The notes beneath the pieces were generated by a model, which saw only the letters and a list, made by a program, of their open reading frames with translations, had not been told where the DNA came from and searched no databases. From Hyphomicrobiales bacterium (GTDB lineage: Bacteria > Pseudomonadota > Alphaproteobacteria > Rhizobiales > Ancalomicrobiaceae), in NCBI GenBank assembly GCA_040377825.1, contig JBEINZ010000014.1, forward strand, positions 1 through 24,000: 24,000 nt of DNA, in the 5' to 3' direction. The position numbers and the translations under genes are program-made. This document shows positions 1 to 8,244 of the stretch, piece after piece (positions within the stretch are counted from its first letter, which is position 1; each line of letters begins with the position of its first letter).

Positions 1-185
1 CTGCAATAATATGGTGACCATGCGGGGCGGAACCGAACGAACCGAAAAATCGATCCCGGCGCGCATTTTTTTGATGGCTTCGACTGAACAGTGGACGCGC
101 CCGAACTCGCAAGTCCGTATCCTACCCATAGGGAACTTATTTGATGCAAGGCCTGCACTGATTTAGCAGGGACGGAGCGACGATC

Positions 186-755
186 GTGAGCGAGACGAAC
201 GACGACATAACAGTCAGGAAACTTCATACCGCCGATCTCGTTCTGTTTCGAGATCACCTCCTGCGACTTGATTCGGATACTCGCCAGAAGCGATTTGCAA
301 TGGGGGCATCGGATGACTTCATCAGGTCCTATGCTCAAACAAGTATTTCCATCGACACTGTGATTCATGGTTATTTCGAGAATGGAATTGTGCGCGGCGT
401 TGGCGAACTTCGGCTCGTAGGACGCAGCCGGTTTGATGCGGAAGCTGCCTTCAGCGTCGAGCAGCCTTGGCAGGCGCAAGGCGTCGGGTCGGTCTTGTTG
501 GGCAGAACGCTTCTCACCGCCCGCAACCGCGGGATCCGTCGCCTCTACATGAATTGTCTGGCCACCAACCGCCATATGCAACGGCTGGCGAAACGCTTCG
601 GCGCCGAGCTTGAGTTTGACTCCGGGGATGTGGTGGGCCTAGTCGTCCCCGAATATGCCTCGGCGGCGTCCTTCCTCAAAGAGGCGGTCTCCGATAGTTA
701 TGGCTGGGCGACGGCGGTCTTTGATCTTCAGCGGCGCATGATCAAAACGGCCTAA
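186..755 (+). CDS. GNAT-family N-acetyltransferase (substrate unknown)
   Basis: 189-aa ORF with a GTG start. It carries the GNAT acetyl-CoA motif A (Q-x-x-G-x-G: WQAQGVGSVLLGRTL) followed by NRGIRRLYMNC. Recognised by eye only. Confidence 0.6.
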   Translation: MSETNDDITVRKLHTADLVLFRDHLLRLDSDTRQKRFAMGASDDFIRSYAQTSISIDTVIHGYFENGIVRGVGELRLVGRSRFDAEAAFSVEQPWQAQGVGSVLLGRTLLTARNRGIRRLYMNCLATNRHMQRLAKRFGAELEFDSGDVVGLVVPEYASAASFLKEAVSDSYGWATAVFDLQRRMIKTA

Positions 756-882
756 GGGGCACGGCCAAGCGCGGATCGCAGAGGAGACGCGCCTCCACGA
801 TCCGAGCCGAGTGGTTTCGACGATCACCGAATGCGGACGTCAGCGATTAGTTGGCAAATTTTGTTTAAACTAGGGTCTCGCC

Positions 883-2637
883 TTAGACATCCGCGTAGGG
901 CGCATCGCCCGCGTTTCCGCCGGGATGCGTGACGGCTCCGGTTCGCGCGGAGCTGACGCCCTGGGCGTATTTCCAGATCGCGCCGGATTTGATGGCGGTC
1001 TGCCGAGGCTGCCACGCGTCGTGCCGTTCGGCCAATTCCGCGTCCGACAACCGGACCGACAGCGTTCCCGCCACAGCATCGATGTCGATAATGTCGCCGT
1101 CGTTTAAGAGCGCGATCGGTCCGCCGACCGCGGCCTCCGGCCCGACATGGCCGATGCAGAACCCGCGTGTCGCGCCGGAGAAGCGGCCGTCGGTGATCAG
1201 CGCGACCTTGTCGCCCATGCCCTGGCCGTACAACGCCGCGGTCGTCGAAAGCATCTCGCGCATGCCCGGACCGCCGCGCGGGCCCTCGTAGCGGATGACG
1301 ATGACCTCGCCAGCGTTTATTTGCCGGCTTTGGACGGCCTGGAAGCACTCTTCCTCGGTGTCGAAGCAGCGCGCGGGGCCGGAGAAGGTCAAGGTCTTCA
1401 TGCCGGCCACTTTCACGATCGCGCCGTCGGGTGCGAGATTGCCGGATAGGCCAACAACGCCGCCGGTCGGCGTGATTGGATCGGAGACCGGGCGCACCAC
1501 GTCCTGGGCGTCATTCCAGCGCACGGAGGCAAGATTTTCGGCGATGGTGCGGCCGGTGACGGTCAGGCAGTCGCCATGCAGGAAGCCGCCGTCTAGCAAC
1601 GCCTTCATCAGCAAGGGGATGCCGCCCGCCTCGAACATGTCCTTGGCCACGTAGCGGCCGCCGGGCTTCAAATCGGCGATATAGGGCGTGCGCTGGAAGA
1701 TCTTGGCGACCTCGAACAGATCGAAATCGATGCCCGCCTCGTGCGCGATCGCCGGCAAGTGCAGCGCGGCATTGGTCGAGCCGCCGGACGCCGCCACGAC
1801 GGTCGCGGCATTTTCCAGGGCCTTGCGGGTTACGATATCGCGCGGGCGGATGCCGAGCGCGATCAGGTCCATGATCTTTTCGCCGGCGGCGGCGCAGAAC
1901 CGATCGCGGATCTCGTAGGGCGCGGGAGCACCGGCCGAATAGGGCAAGGCGAGGCCGATCGCCTCGGACACCGTCGCCATGGTGTTGGCAGTGAACTGCG
2001 CGCCGCAGGCGCCCGCCGAGGGGCACGCAACCTTCTCCAGTTCATCGAGATCGTCGTCGTTCATGTCGCCGACCGCGTGCATGCCGACGGCCTCGAACAG
2101 ATCCTGGATCGTCACCTGCCGGCCCCGGAACGTGCCGGGAAGGATCGAGCCGCCATAGATGAAGATTGACGGTACGTTGAGGCGCACCATGGCCATCATC
2201 ATGCCGGGAAGTGACTTGTCGCAGCCGGCGAGGCCGACCAGCGCGTCGTAGCAGTGGCCGCGCATGGTCAGTTCGACGGAATCAGCAATCACCTCGCGCG
2301 AGACCAGCGACGCCTTCATGCCCTGGTGGCCCATGGCGATGCCGTCGGTCACCGTGATCGTGCAGAATTCGCGCGGCGTGCCATTGGCCGAGGCAACGCC
2401 CTTTTTCACGGCCTGCGCTTGCCGCATCAAGGAAATGTTGCAAGGTGCCGCCTCGTTCCAGCAGGAGGCGACGCCGATCAGCGGCTGATGGATCTGTTCG
2501 GTCGTCAGGCCCATCGCATAAAGATATGAGCGATGTGGCGCGCGGGACGGGCCTTCGGTCACATAGCGGCTTGGCAGTTTGGCCTTACTCGGCACCTTCG
2601 CATCCATCCCGGTCACTCCATCCTTTTCGTTGCTCAT
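883..2637 (-). CDS. ilvD: dihydroxy-acid dehydratase
   Basis: 584-aa ORF with IlvD/Edd hallmarks read directly: [57 protein letters not shown]. The start is ambiguous: ATG at 2637 lies 6 nt after the upstream stop with no SD, while ATG at 2607 has GGAG 8 nt upstream. Confidence 0.95.
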   Translation of the reverse strand: MSNEKDGVTGMDAKVPSKAKLPSRYVTEGPSRAPHRSYLYAMGLTTEQIHQPLIGVASCWNEAAPCNISLMRQAQAVKKGVASANGTPREFCTITVTDGIAMGHQGMKASLVSREVIADSVELTMRGHCYDALVGLAGCDKSLPGMMMAMVRLNVPSIFIYGGSILPGTFRGRQVTIQDLFEAVGMHAVGDMNDDDLDELEKVACPSAGACGAQFTANTMATVSEAIGLALPYSAGAPAPYEIRDRFCAAAGEKIMDLIALGIRPRDIVTRKALENAATVVAASGGSTNAALHLPAIAHEAGIDFDLFEVAKIFQRTPYIADLKPGGRYVAKDMFEAGGIPLLMKALLDGGFLHGDCLTVTGRTIAENLASVRWNDAQDVVRPVSDPITPTGGVVGLSGNLAPDGAIVKVAGMKTLTFSGPARCFDTEEECFQAVQSRQINAGEVIVIRYEGPRGGPGMREMLSTTAALYGQGMGDKVALITDGRFSGATRGFCIGHVGPEAAVGGPIALLNDGDIIDIDAVAGTLSVRLSDAELAERHDAWQPRQTAIKSGAIWKYAQGVSSARTGAVTHPGGNAGDAPYADV

Positions 2638-2643
2638 AATCGA

Positions 2644-2994
2644 TCATGCCGGCGCGAAGTAGTCGAGCCGCACGACATGGGCATCGGACACGAACATAAC
2701 GCCTGAACGCCGTTCGAAAAGGCCGCGCATGCCCTTGGCGACCGACAGAATAGCCTGCTCGGTCGCGACCGCCACGAACATGACGAGCCCGGAGCGGTCG
2801 TTGAACAGCGCGCGGCCCTCGTGGAACCCGGCGTGACCCATGCCAGCGACGTCGCGAACGACGGTATAGCCCGGGATATGGCTTGCCTTCATGAGATCCT
2901 GGACGATCCCGGCGTCCTCAGAATGCACCACGATCTCGATTTTCTTCACCGGATGCAAGGTGAAGCCGTCGCTTGATTGGCCGTCCATGGTCAT
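2644..2994 (-). CDS. PII-like signal-transduction protein (CPII-like, DAB-associated)
   Basis: 116-aa ORF. GGAG lies 5 nt upstream of the ATG, which is 18 nt after the dabA stop. It has a PII-like beta-alpha-beta layout (KKIEIVVHSEDAGIVQDLMKASHIPGYTVVRDVAGMGH...LVMFVAVATEQ) with a T-loop-like insert. Its position directly after a DUF2309 gene matches the PII-like proteins described next to such pairs. Confidence 0.7.
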   Translation of the reverse strand: MTMDGQSSDGFTLHPVKKIEIVVHSEDAGIVQDLMKASHIPGYTVVRDVAGMGHAGFHEGRALFNDRSGLVMFVAVATEQAILSVAKGMRGLFERRSGVMFVSDAHVVRLDYFAPA

Positions 2995-3012
2995 GCCGTC
3001 TCCGTGTGAGCC

Positions 3013-5775
3013 TTAACTGTTTGAGGAATTTGCGCCCGTGCCTGTCGCAATGCCGCCCGGCTGGCTGGTACCGGCTTGCGCCGTCCCGAGCGATATCCAG
3101 TCGAATTTTGGGCCGAGCCGCAAGACCCTTCCATCGTTCGGATCGATCACGACGAGCGCGACCCAGCCATTGCCGAACAGCCGCTTCAACACGCCATGCG
3201 CGGCAACCACCGCCGCAACGCGCGCGACCGGCGCATGAACGACCGTCGTCAGCCGCATCGGCTCGTGATAGGGCCGCCCATCGTCGTCGATCACCGACTG
3301 ACGCGGGAAACCGACACGCAGATCGCCGCCATTGCCTTGAACCACGCCAAGGCCACCGACGATATTCTGCGTCACCTTGGAGCCGGATCCGTAGCGCTCG
3401 TTGTCGAGGGTGGAAAAGAAATACTGCGTGTTGATCCATTCGGCGACCACCATGGGCGCCGTCAGGATGATCGCGAGTGCCTTGCCTTCCGGATCGATGC
3501 GCCAGTCGTAGGAATGCAGGAAGGCGCGGCCGTCGAGCGGCAGGCCCTGCGTCAGCCGCCGCTCGCCGACGATGAAGGCTGCGTTTCGGGCGAGCGCCCA
3601 TTCCGGCCGGACCTCGGCCCAGTCCGACGCGCGGGTTAGCAAGTCCGTGGCGACCTTGGCGCCGAGCCCGCCGGCCCGACGGATACGGTTTGCGGCTCCA
3701 GCGGCAGCCACATCCGTCTCCAGCCGGGCAAGCCGCTCAGCATGGGAGGCGGGGATCAGCGCGCGGTCGAAGATCGTCATGCCATCAGTGGTCGTATCGT
3801 GCTCGGCCGCGATGAAGACCGTGTCGGCCGGCAACGGGTGGCCGCCGGCGGCGAGCCGCGCGCGGACATCCGGATCGTTGAAGATCTGCGCCATGACGCG
3901 GGCATTTGCCCCGCCGTGATTGCCGCCGCACGCGCCGCAGTCGAGCGCTGAGCCGTAGGGGTTGTTCACGGTCGAGCTGCCGTGCCCTGCGAGGACCACG
4001 ATCGGCGCGAAGGTCTTGGGAAACCCGGTCAGCGACAGCAAAGCCTCGGCATAGAAGACCCGTTCGTCGAGCGTGAAGCCACTGCTCGCCCCAGCCGCGT
4101 CGCACACGAAATCGAGCGACGGGCGGAACGCATCCGCCGCGCTCGCACGGCCGTTCAGCCGTTTCACGATGCGATCCGTCGTGATCGGCGCCATGGTACG
4201 GGCAATCATGCCGATGCCCGCGGCCGGACCAACCGTCTCGGCCGTGGCAAAGGCCGTAGCGACACCTTTTTTCAGGGTATCGAAGAGCCCGCCCAGCGCC
4301 GAATCCCGTCGAGCGGCGCGTGTTGTCGAGGCCGCGAGCGCGGGTTGGTCGGCCGCCGGCAGCTCCTTGACCTCGTGCTTGGGGCCGAGGAGGACGGGAA
4401 GCAGCTTCTGCCGCCGATCCGTCCCATGCGGAGTCAAGGCCATCGGAATGCCGAAGAAGCCGGCATAACCGAAGGTCTGATAGGCCCCCCGTGCTTCCAG
4501 GGCCGAACGCATCGGCTCGGAGCGGACATCGATGCAGAATAGAACCTGAGCATCCGGCCGAACCTCGCCGGCATCGGTCGAAGGGGTCCGTTCCGGCGCG
4601 GTGAGCGAGGCGAGCAAGTTGGCCCGGTAGGTCGTTTCGGTCGCGGCGAGGAGCGCAAAGGCCAACTCGGCCTCCGAAAGCGCGCTCGAGAAAACAAAGA
4701 GCGCGACATCGTCCCCGTAAACGCCGCGCAGATCCAGATGATCGAGGCCGACAGCTGCCGCGCTCTTCGCCACGGCGAGGGCGATCGCCGACTTGGCGTC
4801 CGCGGCATCGCGCGCCGGCCGCTCGCCGTGCAGCCCCGTCCCGCCGCGCGCAAGCCGTTCCATGGCGAGCCAAAGGGCGGCGAGATCCGCAAAGCCGGCG
4901 GGATTCCCGGCGGTTTGCGAAGCATCCGCGTAATCGGTCCGCCAACGCACATGCGCCGCCCAGCCGGGCAGCCGCGCGAGCAGTCTGGAGAGAACCGTCA
5001 GCCGGTCGGAAGGCGCGACATCGAGGGCTCCGAGTGCATCGGCAACGGCTTCCAGCGGATCGGTCGGAAGCTGCCGTAAGGTCTCCGCCGCGTTGCGGCC
5101 GCCGACGATGGCGAGATCGGGATCATGGCTAGCGATATCCAACACCGCCCGATAGAGTCCGCGATCGCGTCCGGGCATCGCGACCAAGGCCGCGCCCCGA
5201 TCGAAAAACGCGGCCGCCCATCTCGCAACAAAGCCGTCCGCCGCCGACTGGACCGTGGGCGATGCCGTTTCCAACACCGTGAGAGGCTTGACCGAAATCG
5301 GGCCGAGTCGGGCGAGGAGATCGGCGGGCGCGTCTTCAACAAGGGCGCGGGCGGCGGCGATAAGGTCTCCATTTGGCGCCGGTCCATACGATCCGGTTGT
5401 CAGACGCGCCAGCGCGATATCAGCCGCCGTGAAGTCCCGCGCAACCTTCCGATTTGCCTTGGCGGGTCCCCCCAGCCGCTCGATAAGCGCCTCGCGAAGG
5501 GCAGCGCTGTCGATCGCGCCGTCGGCGAGACGCTTCCTATAGTGTTGGAGCGGCAGGTGCGCGCGCGCGCCAAAAAGCGCGGCCGCTTCCTTAACGGCGG
5601 CTTCGAACGGCCGATCCTCGAAGCCGAGCAGCGGATTGACCGCGACGAAGGCGTCGAGCGGGAAGAGCGGCGGGAAGTTGTTGCCGGCGAACCGAACAAG
5701 GATCGCGACTTCGGCCGCATCCGGCGCGGCTGCCCGCGTCGCTTGGGCGACTTGAAACGTTTGATGAGCGACCAT
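3013..5775 (-). CDS. dabA: DabA, DUF2309 (PF10070) beta-carbonic-anhydrase-like subunit of a DAB inorganic-carbon pump
   Basis: The ORF in the track runs 3013..5838. I prefer the ATG at 5775 (MVAHQTF...) because GGAG lies 8 nt upstream and it starts 16 nt after the dabB stop instead of overlapping it by 47 nt. The N-terminal PLDAFVAVNPL motif is typical of DUF2309. The putative Zn ligands are present with the expected spacing: FCIDVRSEP (C-x-D) and GHGSSTVNNPYGSALDCGACGG (H-x14-C). Confidence 0.85.
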   Translation of the reverse strand: MVAHQTFQVAQATRAAAPDAAEVAILVRFAGNNFPPLFPLDAFVAVNPLLGFEDRPFEAAVKEAAALFGARAHLPLQHYRKRLADGAIDSAALREALIERLGGPAKANRKVARDFTAADIALARLTTGSYGPAPNGDLIAAARALVEDAPADLLARLGPISVKPLTVLETASPTVQSAADGFVARWAAAFFDRGAALVAMPGRDRGLYRAVLDIASHDPDLAIVGGRNAAETLRQLPTDPLEAVADALGALDVAPSDRLTVLSRLLARLPGWAAHVRWRTDYADASQTAGNPAGFADLAALWLAMERLARGGTGLHGERPARDAADAKSAIALAVAKSAAAVGLDHLDLRGVYGDDVALFVFSSALSEAELAFALLAATETTYRANLLASLTAPERTPSTDAGEVRPDAQVLFCIDVRSEPMRSALEARGAYQTFGYAGFFGIPMALTPHGTDRRQKLLPVLLGPKHEVKELPAADQPALAASTTRAARRDSALGGLFDTLKKGVATAFATAETVGPAAGIGMIARTMAPITTDRIVKRLNGRASAADAFRPSLDFVCDAAGASSGFTLDERVFYAEALLSLTGFPKTFAPIVVLAGHGSSTVNNPYGSALDCGACGGNHGGANARVMAQIFNDPDVRARLAAGGHPLPADTVFIAAEHDTTTDGMTIFDRALIPASHAERLARLETDVAAAGAANRIRRAGGLGAKVATDLLTRASDWAEVRPEWALARNAAFIVGERRLTQGLPLDGRAFLHSYDWRIDPEGKALAIILTAPMVVAEWINTQYFFSTLDNERYGSGSKVTQNIVGGLGVVQGNGGDLRVGFPRQSVIDDDGRPYHEPMRLTTVVHAPVARVAAVVAAHGVLKRLFGNGWVALVVIDPNDGRVLRLGPKFDWISLGTAQAGTSQPGGIATGTGANSSNS

Positions 5776-5791
5776 GATCAGGATCTCCAGG

Positions 5792-7243
5792 TCACGAGCG
5801 AATGGGTTCGATGGCGGATGGTGCGAGGCGACCGGCATTCATCAGCCGAACGTAAACTGCAAGAGGCAGCCTGAGGCCGCGCATTTGGACGACCCAAAGG
5901 CCGATAAAGAGAGCTGTCAGCGCGATCTCGACACCAAAGCCGAAGTTCGGAACCTTTGCGGCGGCGCCATTGAGGGCCGCGGTCACCAGGACGAGACCCA
6001 CCAGATGAACAGCGGCGAGCACGGCCACCGCACAAAGTAGAGCCCAGCGGTCGACCCGGTCGATGGCCGGACCGGCCAGCGCGACCGCGCTGTGCGCGGC
6101 CGTCGCCACGGCCAGCGTCGTCAGGAGCAGCGAGGTCGGGGACGATCCGGTCGCAAACGCGACCACAATCGCGAAAGCGAGGGCGAGGGCGCCGGCAACG
6201 AGCGCACCGGGCCCCTTCGAACGGGGCGCCGTGGTCTGGGATACGGCCGAACCAGCCGATAGGAACAGCCAGGCCTTGAAGAAGCCATGGGCGATCAGAT
6301 GCCACACGGCGGGTCCGAAGGCCCCGAGGCCGCATTGCAGAATCATGAAGCCCATCTGGCTTACCGTCGAGGCTGCCAAAGCGCGCTTCACGTCCGGCCG
6401 AACCAGCATGACCGCCGTGCCAAGGATCGCGCTCGCCGCGCCCAGAAAGATGGCAATGCCCAGAACCCATGGGGCACTCGCGAAGACGGCGGAGAACTTA
6501 ACCAGCGCGAAGCCTCCGGCATTCACGAAGCCGGCATGCATGAGCGCGGAAACCGGGGTCGGCGCGGTCAGCGAGGACAGCAGCCAGCTGGAGAACGGAA
6601 GAACAGCGGAGCGCGCGAGCGCACCGAAAAGGATAAGGATCGCCGCGCCCGCCACGAGCGTGGGCGGCGCGTTCGGTATCGAGGAAAGCACCTCGGCGAT
6701 CGACGTCGATCCGGCATTGCCTGCCAGGATGCCGAGACCAACGGCGAAGATCGCATCGCCGAAGAAGAACGTCAGCCGCGTGCGCCGGGCAGCGGCAGCC
6801 GATTCAGCCACGGCGTCCGAATGACCGATGAGCCGGGCAAGCACCTGGCCACCGATAACCCACGCAGCGAGCAGCACCACGAGATCCGCCGCGCTCGCCA
6901 CCACCAGCATGCTCGCCACCGCCAGCGCGACGCGGGCGGTATAGGCCTTGAGGTCCGGATCGCCGCGCATGTAGCGAACGGAAAACTGCAGCACGACCGC
7001 GCCGACAAGCACGATCAACACGCTGATAAGCGCGGCAAGACCGTCGAAGGCGAAGAAGGCGCCGCGCGAAGGCAAGCCAGCGATCGACAGAATCACCAAG
7101 AGCGCTGTGAGCCCGACGCTGGTCCAGCCCGCCGCGGCGGCGAGGCGGATCGTACGTTCGCCGTTAATCAATGGGGTGACGGCGATGGCGGCTGCCGCGA
7201 GCAACGGAAGGGCGGGCATGACGATGGCGATTTCGGCGAGCAC
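5792..7243 (-). CDS. dabB: DabB, NuoL/MrpA-D-like proton-conducting membrane subunit (PF00361)
   Basis: Highly hydrophobic multi-TM ORF with the NuoL/M/N-family motif LTAPTPVSALMHAGFVNAGGFALV. The maximal ORF starts with TTG at 7285. I prefer the GTG at 7243 (VLAEIAIVMPALP...), which has AAGAG upstream. ATG at 7219 is also possible. Confidence 0.8.
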   Translation of the reverse strand: MLAEIAIVMPALPLLAAAAIAVTPLINGERTIRLAAAAGWTSVGLTALLVILSIAGLPSRGAFFAFDGLAALISVLIVLVGAVVLQFSVRYMRGDPDLKAYTARVALAVASMLVVASAADLVVLLAAWVIGGQVLARLIGHSDAVAESAAAARRTRLTFFFGDAIFAVGLGILAGNAGSTSIAEVLSSIPNAPPTLVAGAAILILFGALARSAVLPFSSWLLSSLTAPTPVSALMHAGFVNAGGFALVKFSAVFASAPWVLGIAIFLGAASAILGTAVMLVRPDVKRALAASTVSQMGFMILQCGLGAFGPAVWHLIAHGFFKAWLFLSAGSAVSQTTAPRSKGPGALVAGALALAFAIVVAFATGSSPTSLLLTTLAVATAAHSAVALAGPAIDRVDRWALLCAVAVLAAVHLVGLVLVTAALNGAAAKVPNFGFGVEIALTALFIGLWVVQMRGLRLPLAVYVRLMNAGRLAPSAIEPIRS

Positions 7244-7323
7244 GGCAGTCTCTTTCGATCTGTTGACGGCGCGACCATGCCCCAATGGCCACCATTATGG
7301 AAACGACTTCTAGCAATCAGTTC

Positions 7324-7340
7324 CATTGAAAAAATCAATG
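7324..7340. promoter_or_regulatory. perfect inverted repeat CATTGA-N5-TCAATG (contains a T-N11-A LysR-box-like core) between the LysR gene and dabB
   Basis: Read directly from the sequence: cattgaaaaaatcaatg. It sits in a locally AT-rich patch 7 nt past the LysR stop. On the minus strand a CATAAT hexamer (7299-7294) follows about 25 nt downstream. Confidence 0.35.
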
Positions 7341-7346
7341 ATGTCT

Positions 7347-8231
7347 TTAAGAGCGCTCGCCGCCGGCGGTCTCAAGCGACTGTGCGATATGCTCCGCCAG
7401 GAGCGCGATCGCGCGCGGCAGATCCCCGGGCGCCCGATAAAGGACGACCTCGGTATCCGGCAAGGTGGGGAGTTCGTTATCCGCGCCGACAAAGCGCAAT
7501 CCTGCAGGCACCATCTCTTTCGGCAGCACGGTGATGCCGAGCCCGGCCTGCACCGCGGCTTGCAGTCCGGCGAGACTGGGGCTTGCGAAGACGATCCGGT
7601 AGGCGCGGCCGGCGGCGTCCAAGGCGGAAAGCGCGCGCTTGCGATAGACATCCGGCGCTGGCGCAAGCACCAACGGCAGGGGCGCGCTTCGATCGAGCAA
7701 CAGGCGTGGGGATCCGACCCATTCGAGCACTTCGCGCCAGACATTGGTGCCGCCGCTCGGCCCCTGCGGCTCGCGCTTGAACAAGATCACGTCATAAGCC
7801 CCCTTGGCGAAGCCATCGAGCAAATGGACCGTGAAGTCGCAATTCACTTCCAGCGATACCCTAGGATGGGCGCGCGCGAACCGGGCGAGAACCTCCGGCA
7901 GATGCACCGTCGCGAAATCCTCCGGGGTGCCGAGCCGGACCGTCCCTTCCACATCGCTGTCGACGAGCCGCGCGCGGGCTTCATCGGCGATGCGCAACAT
8001 TTGCCGCGCAAAGCCGAGCAAGACCTCGCCATCCGGCGTAAGGCGGATTTCGCGGGTCTCTCGATTGAAGACCGGTTTGCCGAGGCCGCGCTCCAATTTG
8101 CGAATTTGCAGGCTCACGGTCGACTGGGTCAAGCCGACGCGGCCGGCCGCGCGAGTAAACCCGCCGGCATCCACGATCGCGACAAAGCTGCGCAAGACGT
8201 CAAGATCGAACGCCGGCAATGGGCCCTTCAC
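7347..8231 (-). CDS. LysR-family transcriptional regulator
   Basis: 294-aa ORF with a GTG start and GAGGG 5 nt upstream. The N-terminal wHTH reads LDVLRSFVAIVDAGGFTRAAGRVGLTQSTVSLQIRKLERGLGKPVFNR, followed by a periplasmic-binding-protein-like effector domain. Confidence 0.9.
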   Translation of the reverse strand: MKGPLPAFDLDVLRSFVAIVDAGGFTRAAGRVGLTQSTVSLQIRKLERGLGKPVFNRETREIRLTPDGEVLLGFARQMLRIADEARARLVDSDVEGTVRLGTPEDFATVHLPEVLARFARAHPRVSLEVNCDFTVHLLDGFAKGAYDVILFKREPQGPSGGTNVWREVLEWVGSPRLLLDRSAPLPLVLAPAPDVYRKRALSALDAAGRAYRIVFASPSLAGLQAAVQAGLGITVLPKEMVPAGLRFVGADNELPTLPDTEVVLYRAPGDLPRAIALLAEHIAQSLETAGGERS

Positions 8232-8244
8232 AATGCCCTCGCCA

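Noticed and set aside
756-882. Bidirectional terminator between the convergent GNAT gene and ilvD
   Set aside because: Only weak 4-bp stems (GGAG…CTCC) and an AT-rich GTTTAAAC patch are present. There is no convincing hairpin plus U-tract on either strand.
2918-5720. Minus-strand alternative-frame ORFs inside dabA (2918..3601, 3785..4945, 4434..4952, 4998..5387, 5400..5720) and plus-strand ORFs across it
   Set aside because: They overlap a 920-aa frame that has conserved DUF2309 motifs. Their sequences are Arg-rich nonsense, so there is no evidence for overprinted genes.
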